Assembly: GCA_964402035.1 (NCBI GenBank)
Contig: CAYOAM010000002.1
Span: 106,111 to 170,110 of the forward strand
Direction: 5' to 3'
Origin: an uncultured Candidatus Saccharibacteria bacterium
GTDB taxonomy: Bacteria > Patescibacteriota > Minisyncoccia > Phycocordibacterales > UBA918
DNA: 64,000 nucleotides
The translations under genes were made by a program, and so were the position numbers. The number at the start of each line of letters is the position of its first letter. Positions within the stretch are counted from its first letter, which is position 1. The notes under the pieces were generated by a model that was not told the origin of the DNA, made no database searches, and was given only the letters and a program-made list of their open reading frames with translations. Below are positions 45,260-54,213 of the stretch, piece after piece.

Positions 45260-45974
45260 AAATCACCGTTTCCGCACAGAGACGTGGATCTACCTCAAAG
45301 CCAACTTTATAAAATCCTTCAATCATATCTTCCGATAACTCCAACATCTTTGCATTTGGAAAGGGCTTCAAAAACACTCCCGCATGATGTGCGACCTCTA
45401 AACCGGACGCCTCAACATCGGCACGCAACGTGTCAAAAGTATACACCAGTTGATGATTAAACATTTCGCGATCACGCGCAGACAGTTCAGTAGCGTCTTT
45501 CACAATCTCCATAGCTTTCCCTACGCGTCGATGGAGTGAAAGTCCATTGTGCGATGTAATAAAGATAAAACCACCGGGCGTTAGCCACGATGAGATCGTC
45601 TTGAGAAACGCTATCGGATCTTTGAGTGCTGGCAGAACACCCGCAAGCAAAATAGTGTCGTATTTTTTTGATGGCTTAAAATTCTCAAAAAAAGAGTGGT
45701 GGAACGATGCCCGAGTATATTCCTCTGGAAATGCACGCCTGATCCGCTCAGCGGTAAAAAGCACTTGCTCCTCTGAGGCGTCCACAACATCAAGAGACGC
45801 CGTGTTTGGAAACACCCACTCCGTCATGAGTCCTGTCGCACACCCTAACTCGAGAGTGTCACCGAGATTCTCACGGTATTTCCACAGTTCGTTGCACTTA
45901 TATTTCAAAAGGTACCGATCAAAATCTTTCTCGTTGTCGTACCGCGCAGCGTATGACTCATAATCGAAGGTCAT
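45243..45974 (-). CDS. Class I SAM-dependent methyltransferase.
   Basis: Motif I TLELGCATGLMTEW is present. It overlaps the GT2 gene by 17 nt. Confidence 0.7.
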   Translation of the reverse strand: MTFDYESYAARYDNEKDFDRYLLKYKCNELWKYRENLGDTLELGCATGLMTEWVFPNTASLDVVDASEEQVLFTAERIRRAFPEEYTRASFHHSFFENFKPSKKYDTILLAGVLPALKDPIAFLKTISSWLTPGGFIFITSHNGLSLHRRVGKAMEIVKDATELSARDREMFNHQLVYTFDTLRADVEASGLEVAHHAGVFLKPFPNAKMLELSEDMIEGFYKVGFEVDPRLCAETVICAVKK

Positions 45975-47083
45975 GCCGTTTCCTTAAAAAACTCCTTGAT
46001 CGTATCGGTGACAAAGAGTACCTGCGCGTACGTAAGCTCCGCATACATTGGGAGCGACAGAATTCTTCGCGCAAGCGTTTCAGTGTGTGGAAACGCCCCT
46101 TCAGCATACCCCAGATGGCGGTACGGTTGTGCAAGATGAATCGGGTTTGGATAATGAATACCTGTATGGATATCATGCTCCTTCAGGTACGCCTGCAGTT
46201 GGTCGCGTCTCCCGGTTTGTATGACAAAAAGATGGTAATTCCCCTTTGAATAAGAAGGCTCAATCGGCAACGCCACATCACCGACACCCATAAGGAGACG
46301 CGCGTAGGTTCTCGCGTGCGTACGACGCATTTCATTCCACGCATCAAGATGCGGAAGTTTGACCCCAAGAACTGCTCCTTCGATTCCGCTCATACGAAAA
46401 TTCCCACCAAGCACCTCGTGCGTGTACTTCACCCTACTTCCATGATCTCGCATGAGACGCACGCGATCTGCGAGAGCAGCATCGTCGGTTGCGATAGCAC
46501 CACCTTCTCCGTATGTTCCCAAATTTTTCCCTGCATAAAAACTAAAAGTACTTGCAGTACTCCCACCACCGATCTTTGTCCCTTTGTATAGTGTACCGTG
46601 AGCCTGCGCTGCATCTTCGAGGAGAAAAATATTCTTTTCTGCTGCGAGCGCCCGGAGCGGGTCAAGGTCAACGGACTGCCCGTAGAGATGCACAGGCATG
46701 ATCGCTTTTGTGCGCGCAGTGATCTTCTCGCGAACTCGCAATGCATCTATATGGTAGGTAACCGGATCCACATCCACAAAGACCGGTGTAGCTCCAACGA
46801 ATGAGATTGCGGCTGCGGTCGCAATAAACGTGTGTGCTGGAATAATTACTTCGTCACGCGGACCAATATCGAGCGCGCGCAAGACAAGCTGAATCGCATT
46901 TGTGCCGTCAGAGACAGCAACCACATGTCCAACTCCCAAGTACTCCTGAAACGCTTTCTCGAAGGCGGCAACGGCTGGCCCCGACGCATACGCCGAAGTA
47001 TCGAGGATGTGATGAATTGCTTCATCAATATCCTTTTTTATAGATTGATATTGGGCTTGTAAATCAAGAAATGGTACGTGCAT
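45971..47083 (-). CDS. DegT/DnrJ/EryC1/StrS-family PLP-dependent sugar aminotransferase.
   Basis: The protein covers the whole family fold. The PLP-lysine region FSFYAGKNLGTYGEGGA matches the DegT pattern SF..(T/G)K.....(E/D)GG. Confidence 0.85.
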   Translation of the reverse strand: MHVPFLDLQAQYQSIKKDIDEAIHHILDTSAYASGPAVAAFEKAFQEYLGVGHVVAVSDGTNAIQLVLRALDIGPRDEVIIPAHTFIATAAAISFVGATPVFVDVDPVTYHIDALRVREKITARTKAIMPVHLYGQSVDLDPLRALAAEKNIFLLEDAAQAHGTLYKGTKIGGGSTASTFSFYAGKNLGTYGEGGAIATDDAALADRVRLMRDHGSRVKYTHEVLGGNFRMSGIEGAVLGVKLPHLDAWNEMRRTHARTYARLLMGVGDVALPIEPSYSKGNYHLFVIQTGRRDQLQAYLKEHDIHTGIHYPNPIHLAQPYRHLGYAEGAFPHTETLARRILSLPMYAELTYAQVLFVTDTIKEFFKETA

Positions 47084-47119
47084 ATATCCCTATAACTACA
47101 AAATAGCAGTATATAGTAT

Positions 47120-47164
47120 CAACCTTTAAAAAAGAAAACCCCCGCAGCGCGTAGTGGCTGCGGG
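47120..47164 (-). terminator. Rho-independent terminator on the minus strand: stem ccccgcagc/gctgcgggg with an 8-nt loop, then UUUUCUUUUUUAAAGG.
   Basis: Stem complementarity and a U-tract seen on the minus-strand RNA. It is a near-identical copy of the element at 48016-48067. Confidence 0.7.
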
Positions 47165-47172
47165 GAGTGTTA

Positions 47173-47970
47173 TCACGCGAAGATTTCTTCAAGAGACGGT
47201 GCGGAGAATTTCCCCCTCTCATCTCCTGGATTCCGCCCAGGGAGCGCCAATGTCCATTGGCGTGTATCTTCGTCAAAACTGCAGACGACAAGATGACCAT
47301 TGGGTATGGTTCGCTGCGTGTTAAAACGACGGCGCAAAAGAAGATTGACCGTGTCTTCGTGTGCAGTCACTATGACCACATCCGTTCCAGAGAGTCCGCG
47401 TGCCAACTCCATCAAAGTAGCACATGCTCGGCGGTCAACCTCCCCGTAGTCTTCTTCAAAGACCGCCCGCATGCCGCCCTCAAGATGAAGAATCTCCTTG
47501 ATAACCATTGGATGAACGACGGTGTTATGGGGTGGATTTTTCCCAGGGTTCTCTTTATTCCACTTTTTATGCCACGCGTCATCTGCTTCAATCCATAGAC
47601 GAGAATCGAAGCCTGAATTCATCGTGATATTGCGTACACCGAGTGCAAATGGAATGTCCCCTCGGTTGTTGCTCACCACATATCCTTTTTGTCGTAACGA
47701 ATCCTCAATCACGAGTGCGGTGCTATGTGCACGCCACTGCGGACTGGTGACCAGTCTGACCGATTGTGTGGGTGCTACAATCGTTGCAATTTGGTCCGCC
47801 CCCTCTCTGCATTCAATGATGCCTGGACCAGTGAGATCCAAAAATTCCGGTGTAAGATGAAGGTTCTTCCGATATGGCATAAATTGCCACCCGGGTGTGC
47901 GATGCAGCTCGTCGTATCGACTTGCTCCATGCCGCACGAAAATCGCCGCACGTTTCCTGGATCTGGACAT
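47173..47970 (-). CDS. Histidine phosphatase (phosphoglycerate-mutase-like) family protein.
   Basis: IFVRHGAS carries the RHG catalytic motif. It is 265 aa. By eye the gene is GC-richer than its surroundings. Confidence 0.65.
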   Translation of the reverse strand: MSRSRKRAAIFVRHGASRYDELHRTPGWQFMPYRKNLHLTPEFLDLTGPGIIECREGADQIATIVAPTQSVRLVTSPQWRAHSTALVIEDSLRQKGYVVSNNRGDIPFALGVRNITMNSGFDSRLWIEADDAWHKKWNKENPGKNPPHNTVVHPMVIKEILHLEGGMRAVFEEDYGEVDRRACATLMELARGLSGTDVVIVTAHEDTVNLLLRRRFNTQRTIPNGHLVVCSFDEDTRQWTLALPGRNPGDERGKFSAPSLEEIFA

Positions 47971-48015
47971 AGAACAACCTTTTTGTTGTAAGGATTATGC
48001 TGTTTGGATTATAAC

Positions 48016-48067
48016 ACAGAATTTTAAAAAATAAAACCCCCGCAGCGCGTAATGGCTGCAGGGGGTT
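48016..48067 (-). terminator. Rho-independent terminator on the minus strand: aaccccc-gcagc-gcgtaatg-gctgc(a)ggggg-tt with a one-base bulge, then UUUAUUUUUUAAAAUU.
   Basis: About 30 nt are shared nearly identically with the 47120-47164 element. Confidence 0.7.
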
Positions 48068-48093
48068 GAAGGGTTGGAGACGGTTGCGTAATA

Positions 48094-49497
48094 CTACCCA
48101 ACCCAAATCCAGAAGAGTCGCTTGATGTACTCCGCGACCCAGTTGACGATCGGGTTCATGTTGACCTTCGCCGGAGCATCGATCTCGTGACCCGGATCAG
48201 GGCAGACGTAGACGAACAGACCCTTACTTCCGAAGATTTTTTCATAGTTCGCATACACCCGTGCAGAATGACGGCTAGTGGTCACCTGCACAAGTGTGAC
48301 ATCCTCACCAGTCGCCGCCTTCAGTGCGTCAACATACTTCTTTGCTTCCTCTGCATTTCCCGGCGTGTCAATTGACTTCGACTCGGCCGCGAGAATCTGT
48401 TCGAGCGGCACCACAGGCGCAGCGTCGAGAGGTTGCATGTCTTGGAGAAGCGCAAACAAGTCAGGATGCTCCGTCACAACCCAACATGCCATCGCTTCAT
48501 CTGACTCGGTGTATGTTCCTGCATGCGTACCAGCCACCTTTTGTTGGTGCGGCGGATGGTAGCCTGACGGCAGATAGAAGACGTGGAGTCCTCCATGTGT
48601 GAGAGCAGTACCGCCCAACAGCCGCGCATAGTGCGCCTCTCGGCCGAGACCTGTGCCAAAGTTCGCCGTAAGCAGAACGATCCCGCGAAGCGACGAGAGA
48701 TCAGTGATCCGCGCCGGATGCGTAATCGGAAGCACGAGTGCAGCAGCCATCCGATCCAACATAGCGACAATTGGACCACTTCCAGCCCTATGACGGGCAA
48801 GCTCTTGATAAGCTGCGATCCGCTCAGTATTGCCCTTCTTCATATCGAGCGCAACAGCTGCGAGTTTTGCGATACTTCGCCACGTATTCCTTGGGAGATC
48901 ATTCACGAGATGTGAGAAGATTTTTGCACTGATGACGTGCATCATTGAGAGACGTGACGGCTTTTGCGCGACACCGATACACACTTCGTGGTTGTGCCGA
49001 CGGTAGTCTTTCTTGATGAGATCAAAGAAATATCGTGCCCGCTGGTCCTTGTAGATAAAGTGCTCCCAGTCGATGCGTGCATCGTTACCATTGAGCACAT
49101 TGACGAGCATTGGCGTTCCATACGCGGAGTCTTCCAAAGTCACGCCAAGCGACTGTTCGATGAAGTCGAAAATGCCAACTTCGCGCAAAACAGCAAAGAA
49201 CCACTTAAAGTCAAAGCCGTACTTGTGTGCACGCTGCTTGACTTCATCCGCAGTAAAGCTCGGGCTAATCGTCGGACGAGCGTTCTGCTTCTCGAGTGTC
49301 GGGGAGCTGGGCATGCAGAGGCACCGACGGTCATGGAAGCGACTTTTGATGATCTTCTGTGCACGTCTCTCGGGGTGTCGCCCCATCTTCCGCTCAACTT
49401 CGAGCTTCCTCTTCTTTCTATTTCCAGAGATAGTTGCAGAAACCTCGAGATTGATCCGGCGTGCCCACTCCAAACTTCCAACAACCAAGTCCGACAT
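48094..49497 (-). CDS. Hypothetical protein of 467 aa.
   Basis: It is a long ORF with coding-like composition and its own flanking terminators. I recognised no family. By eye it is GC-rich, roughly in the mid-50s percent. Confidence 0.55.
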   Translation of the reverse strand: MSDLVVGSLEWARRINLEVSATISGNRKKRKLEVERKMGRHPERRAQKIIKSRFHDRRCLCMPSSPTLEKQNARPTISPSFTADEVKQRAHKYGFDFKWFFAVLREVGIFDFIEQSLGVTLEDSAYGTPMLVNVLNGNDARIDWEHFIYKDQRARYFFDLIKKDYRRHNHEVCIGVAQKPSRLSMMHVISAKIFSHLVNDLPRNTWRSIAKLAAVALDMKKGNTERIAAYQELARHRAGSGPIVAMLDRMAAALVLPITHPARITDLSSLRGIVLLTANFGTGLGREAHYARLLGGTALTHGGLHVFYLPSGYHPPHQQKVAGTHAGTYTESDEAMACWVVTEHPDLFALLQDMQPLDAAPVVPLEQILAAESKSIDTPGNAEEAKKYVDALKAATGEDVTLVQVTTSRHSARVYANYEKIFGSKGLFVYVCPDPGHEIDAPAKVNMNPIVNWVAEYIKRLFWIWVG

Positions 49498-49579
49498 TTT
49501 GTCCTCCGTGACAAATGTGAATGTGACAAAAAAACAAAGAGCCGAAAGGCTCTCTAACCGGGCGGCATTATGCCATATG

Positions 49580-49624
49580 TTTTAGAAAAAAACAATAAGA
49601 AAAAGGGCCTACACGGTAGACCCT
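49580..49624 (-). terminator. Rho-independent terminator on the minus strand: stem AGGGUCUAC/GUAGGCCCU including one G-U pair, a 3-nt loop, then UUUUUCUUAUUGUUUUUUUC.
   Basis: Stem-loop and U-tract seen 30 nt downstream of the stop of 49654-50799. Confidence 0.65.
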
Positions 49625-49653
49625 TTACTGAATGAATTTAGGCCAGTTCGTTC

Positions 49654-50757
49654 TCAAAGCCGAGGAGAACTGTTCCTAGCGTCTTCAGCAATGCGAATAG
49701 CGCAACTTGCCGCTTGGAGGTGTCCATCAAAATTTGGAAGTTCCTTGTTGAAGAAAAAGTAGATCTCCTGTGCAGCAAAGCGCATTGGATCTACGATTGG
49801 TGTGAGGTCTATCTCTCCGCCGGAATGTGGCAGGAGCGTGACCTTTACACGACCATCTTGGAGATTGCCGATGATATTGCCGTTCTGGCCCATGACCAAA
49901 AGCGACCACTCGGACTTCTCGCCTTCGGGCACCACACCGCACCTCACCTTGATCGCATTGGTGAGATGATGAGGTGTATAGCCTTGAAGGCGCATGTCAA
50001 TGAGTAGATCGACCTGACCTACTGACGAACGTGGCATGAGACCCTTGCCAGTCTCGTCCAATGTGTGCACGTGCACAGCGGCTAGACTTGCACCCTTACG
50101 CTCTACCATGAGCCCGCACGCCACAAGAGGCGCAACAACGTGTGGAAGGAGATCATTCGAGACACCGCCTCTTGGCACCTCCGCTTTCTCTTGATTTAAG
50201 AACCATGGCGGTTCCATTTCAAGAGGAACAGCTTCGACACCAGTGACTGAGATATCGGAAACCGTGCCGAGATACGCGTCCCCCATACCACAGATTGATC
50301 CGGGGCTTGCAAGGTATACCAGCCGTGGATCAGTACTGTCTACAAGACCAAGCAATGCTCGGATACCGAAAAGCTTCAGGATGTAATGATCGTGGGCGTG
50401 GAGCCTGAGCCCCTTTTCCCTGATCAAAGCCATGAGTATCTCAAGCTCTAGACGCGAATGCACAAGCGGCTTTTCGACGACGAAGTTTTTGAAGCCTTGT
50501 TCAGAGAGAGCGCGGACAATCTCCAGATGCTCTATCGTGAGCACAAAGATGATCGCGTCACGTGGAGCATTTTTCGGTATATGGTCGACAGATGACACCG
50601 TCCACACACCACGTCTCCCTGCAATAGCACGCTCCGCACGTGCATTGTCTCGCTCTACAAAGCCGATAATCTTGAAACCAACTGCTTCTTTCAGTGCGCG
50701 CTTCCAGTAGCCGCTCCAAACGTCACCGGCGCCGAAAACAATGATGTTCTTGACCAT
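49654..50757 (-). CDS. NAD(P)-binding oxidoreductase, Gfo/Idh/MocA-like.
   Basis: The Rossmann-fold N-terminus MVKNIIVFGAGDVWSGYW is present, and the motif EKPL is typical of Gfo/Idh/MocA dehydrogenases. I chose the ATG at 50757 over the track start at 50799. Confidence 0.55.
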   Translation of the reverse strand: MVKNIIVFGAGDVWSGYWKRALKEAVGFKIIGFVERDNARAERAIAGRRGVWTVSSVDHIPKNAPRDAIIFVLTIEHLEIVRALSEQGFKNFVVEKPLVHSRLELEILMALIREKGLRLHAHDHYILKLFGIRALLGLVDSTDPRLVYLASPGSICGMGDAYLGTVSDISVTGVEAVPLEMEPPWFLNQEKAEVPRGGVSNDLLPHVVAPLVACGLMVERKGASLAAVHVHTLDETGKGLMPRSSVGQVDLLIDMRLQGYTPHHLTNAIKVRCGVVPEGEKSEWSLLVMGQNGNIIGNLQDGRVKVTLLPHSGGEIDLTPIVDPMRFAAQEIYFFFNKELPNFDGHLQAASCAIRIAEDARNSSPRL

Positions 50758-50877
50758 GTGAACTCCTATAAAAGATTCAGACCGGTGGCAGAATGCCACA
50801 TTTTTGAAATATAATCAAGGTCTTTTCACGTAACATCCCGCGCATACACCACGTCGATCAGAGGTGTATACACTTAT

Positions 50878-52314
50878 TTATTGTGTATGTTTTAGGTACT
50901 CGAGACCCGAGCCTTCACGATACATCGCGCGAACTGACCCCAATATGTAATCAAAATGTCCTTCAGAAAGATTTTGGTGAATCGGGAAAAAGATAGCGCT
51001 GTTGTGGTAAAAGTTTCCGCACTCAACACCAAACGATCTCACGAACGCACTGATTTCTCGCATCCGTTTCTCATTTTCTATCTTGAGAATAAATGCACCA
51101 GGCACTTCTGTCTGTTTAAGCGGAAAAAACGTTTTGTCGGTGCCAACGCATTTTTGCACGTACTCATAGTTGCTACGACGCTTGCTGTTAATACTCTCCT
51201 CATCCTTCATGTAGTGAGAAAGTTGCTGCATGACCACATCTTCTTTGCCAGTATCAACGCATGCAAAGGTATCCCAGATATACTGATATTCAAATTTCTT
51301 GCCCACCAGAAAACCTCCAAACTGTGTTGGAAAGTTTTTTGTCACCGAATAAATAACATAATCACCAAAAGTTCCTGCTTCCCCACTTTGCCATGCGTAT
51401 GCACAGTCTTCGACCAAGATAATGTTGTGCTTCGTCGCATAGTCTCGCAACGCACGGACTTCTTCATTAAAAAAGCCAAACTCGTGTATGACAAAAATTG
51501 CCTTGGTCTGCGGTGTTATCTCTCGATTCCAGCCACAGCTCTGTTCAATAGCGCTCGTAACACAACTACTGATATAGAGAGAGTTGGTTGTTGTTTTTAT
51601 ACATACTTCATCTGTTGCGCAAAGTACGCCCTCAAGTGTGAGCCATCGAAAGAGTGAATAAATGGCGTACGTTGCTCGCGGGAAAAAAGTGTATTCTCGA
51701 CCGCCAAATTTTTTAGCAAGCGCAGCGGAAACATCAAACGTCGGGTCTGGTCGCACCGCCAGTGTCTCATTGTCGAACGGATTGATGAGAATCTGCGGCT
51801 TGTATTCCGGTGGACGCATAATGACCGAATAATCATCGTTTTGCCACCCTGAAAAAAATTTCTGCAATTTCGGTTTATACGAAGCACCCACATCAAAAGA
51901 CGTGTACTCGCTTCCCGAAAAGGTCTCCACGATATGCCAAACGAGTAGCGGCGAAATCTGTTTTTCTCTCCCCTCTTCATTGACGGCATTAAAATGCAAA
52001 AAAAGCTGCCCTCCTGTTTCCACGATGATAGTACCTCCCACTAGACGATCATCGATGTATGCGAAATACATTTTCTGTCGTGCAGGATCAATAGCCTCTG
52101 GAAGATCCTCACGATTCGGACAAAAAGGATAGAACAACGCTACGTCTTCCTTGCTCCCAGCGACCTCTCTGATGGTTGGATTATACGATTGTGCCTTGCG
52201 GATAGCAGTTCGCATACGCTTGTCGATATTCTTCCACGCATGCTCACGCTCAAGACGCAACACACTACCTTTTATAAGGTAGTCTTTAGAAACATATTTT
52301 TTGTATGCGGTCAT
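50878..52314 (-). CDS. Two-domain protein: an N-terminal FemAB-like / GNAT-fold acyltransferase-like domain fused to a C-terminal DegT-family aminotransferase-like domain.
   Basis: The C-terminal half carries the PLP-Lys-like region DYVIYSVTKNFPTQFGGFLVG and DegT-like blocks (IILVEDCAYAWQS). The N-terminal roughly 200 aa (WKNIDKRMRTAIRKAQ...YFAYIDDRLVGGTIIVETGGQLFLHFNAV) resembles FemAB-type acyltransferase folds. The domain assignment is tentative. Confidence 0.5.
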   Translation of the reverse strand: MTAYKKYVSKDYLIKGSVLRLEREHAWKNIDKRMRTAIRKAQSYNPTIREVAGSKEDVALFYPFCPNREDLPEAIDPARQKMYFAYIDDRLVGGTIIVETGGQLFLHFNAVNEEGREKQISPLLVWHIVETFSGSEYTSFDVGASYKPKLQKFFSGWQNDDYSVIMRPPEYKPQILINPFDNETLAVRPDPTFDVSAALAKKFGGREYTFFPRATYAIYSLFRWLTLEGVLCATDEVCIKTTTNSLYISSCVTSAIEQSCGWNREITPQTKAIFVIHEFGFFNEEVRALRDYATKHNIILVEDCAYAWQSGEAGTFGDYVIYSVTKNFPTQFGGFLVGKKFEYQYIWDTFACVDTGKEDVVMQQLSHYMKDEESINSKRRSNYEYVQKCVGTDKTFFPLKQTEVPGAFILKIENEKRMREISAFVRSFGVECGNFYHNSAIFFPIHQNLSEGHFDYILGSVRAMYREGSGLEYLKHTQ

Positions 52315-52330
52315 ACTCTAGTGAAGACTG

Positions 52331-53344
52331 TCACTCTAATATAATCTGTACACCGCCTGAAGCAAGCGATAGATCGGCAGCCTCCAAAATACGCACGACC
52401 GCAAGACCAGCTTCTCCATTGGTGAGTGTTGCTTCACCCGTCTTCAGAGCAGCGAGAAAATGCAAACACTCACGCTGTAGCGCTTCCTGGCCATCATACA
52501 TGGGAATATGCACGTCGCCACTGCGATATACCGGCTCAAAGGTATTGAGATCCATTTCATCAAGGTCGATACCTTTGTTGTACACTTTTATTTTTTCAAA
52601 TGGATGTATGTCATCAAAGTAGATCATCTTTTTGTGACCACCAATAGTCATCTGCCGTAATTTTACCGGCGAAAGCCAACTCACATGAATGTGCGCCACA
52701 AACCCTGACTCATACTGTATTGACACATGCGCCAGTTCGGCACCTTTCCGCACCACATGTCCGGTCCCCACTGCCGAAACGCTCTTTGGGGTACCACCAT
52801 AAATATAGTTGAGTATGGCAATGTCATGTGGCGCAAGGTCCCAAAACACATTTACATCGGGCTGAATAAGACCGAGATTGATGCGCGACGAATCAAAGTA
52901 GAAGAGATCTCCAAGCTCGCCTGAATCAACAATTTCTTTTATTTTTCGCACCGGACCATAATAAATAAACGTGTGATCAACATGCAAAATAAGGTTATTC
53001 TTTTTTGCGATAGCGATAAGTTCACGCGCCTGCGCTGACGTCTCGGTCATCGGCTTTTCCACGAATACATGTTTGCCACTTTCGAGCGCTCGCTTGGCAA
53101 GCGCAAAGTGCGTACGTACAGGAGTCGCTATCACCACCACATCAAGATTCGGGTCATTAAAAAGTATGTCGGCATCAGTCACCAACGTTGTGTGCTTATA
53201 CGCTTCACGATACCGCTCTAGTCGTTCAGGTTTTGCATCGCATATATAGGATAGTGTGCACTCACGCAACGAATCAAAGTTGCGGATGAGATTACCCCCC
53301 CAATATCCAGCACCAATAATACCAACAGTTACTCTAGGTTCCAT
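52331..53344 (-). CDS. Gfo/Idh/MocA-family oxidoreductase (WbpB / UDP-GlcNAcA 3-dehydrogenase-like or inositol-dehydrogenase-like).
   Basis: The N-terminus VGIIGAGYWGGNLIRNF, the EKPMT motif and the C-terminal alpha/beta domain are classical Gfo/Idh/MocA features. Confidence 0.8.
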   Translation of the reverse strand: MEPRVTVGIIGAGYWGGNLIRNFDSLRECTLSYICDAKPERLERYREAYKHTTLVTDADILFNDPNLDVVVIATPVRTHFALAKRALESGKHVFVEKPMTETSAQARELIAIAKKNNLILHVDHTFIYYGPVRKIKEIVDSGELGDLFYFDSSRINLGLIQPDVNVFWDLAPHDIAILNYIYGGTPKSVSAVGTGHVVRKGAELAHVSIQYESGFVAHIHVSWLSPVKLRQMTIGGHKKMIYFDDIHPFEKIKVYNKGIDLDEMDLNTFEPVYRSGDVHIPMYDGQEALQRECLHFLAALKTGEATLTNGEAGLAVVRILEAADLSLASGGVQIILE

Positions 53345-53481
53345 ATACAGTGGCTCGATACATTATAATACTCCGCAAATGCCTGTTTAGTAACAACAAA
53401 TGACCAATACGGCAACAAAGTACAGGAGTTGGACATGTATGTGATTTGTACCAGACCCCACAAACAACAAGCACCTCTATA

Positions 53482-54201
53482 TTAGAATTCCCCCGCTTCA
53501 GCTACGGCCAATTCCTCGGGAGTATCTATTTCAAACCAATCACATACCCCAACATCTTGCGCGGTGATGATCCGTCCTTGTGCAATTTCTTCTCGAAAGA
53601 TATGCTCCACAGTTGTCGTCACGGGATCCAATTCTTTTTTCAATTTTTCTACGACCCTGCGCATCGCCGGCATGCGCTCCGCAGACACAAACCAGAATCC
53701 CGTATAGATCGCGTCAAAGTCCGTGAGCGTTTTTGACATCGCAAGCACACGGTTCCCCTCCGCCACTTTTATTGTCATCACATCATCAGCGTTACCCCTA
53801 AGATCAAAACTACCGTACACCGAAAAATCATGGAGCTGTGTTTTCATGGCTGCGAGCGTGTGTGGTCGCATCACGTAGTCTACATTGATAACAAATATGG
53901 ACTCATCGTCATGGACGAGTGGCAATGCAGCATCAAGACTTAGGAGATTTTGCATGGTGTACTGCGTGTTTTCGACGACCTCAATTGATGGATCTATGGC
54001 ATGTACCGTACGTGCTAGATCTTCAAAATAAAACCCGCCAACAACAATAATTCGAGAAAGCCCCAGTGCCCGCGCATGGTCAATAGCATACTGGACGAGT
54101 GGTTTGCCATGCACTTCGACAAGCGCTTTCGGCTTAGTTGTTGTGAGCTCACGCATCCGCTTCCCCATCCCAGCAGCCAAAATTATTCCAACAGTGTTCA
54201 T
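53482..54201 (-). CDS. Sugar-phosphate / phospho-alcohol nucleotidyltransferase (NTP_transferase, LicC/MurU-like).
   Basis: The N-terminus GIILAAGMGKRMRELTTTKPKALVEV is the nucleotidyltransferase signature motif. It is 239 aa. Confidence 0.75.
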   Translation of the reverse strand: MNTVGIILAAGMGKRMRELTTTKPKALVEVHGKPLVQYAIDHARALGLSRIIVVGGFYFEDLARTVHAIDPSIEVVENTQYTMQNLLSLDAALPLVHDDESIFVINVDYVMRPHTLAAMKTQLHDFSVYGSFDLRGNADDVMTIKVAEGNRVLAMSKTLTDFDAIYTGFWFVSAERMPAMRRVVEKLKKELDPVTTTVEHIFREEIAQGRIITAQDVGVCDWFEIDTPEELAVAEAGEF

Positions 54202-54213
54202 ATGATATGCGTG

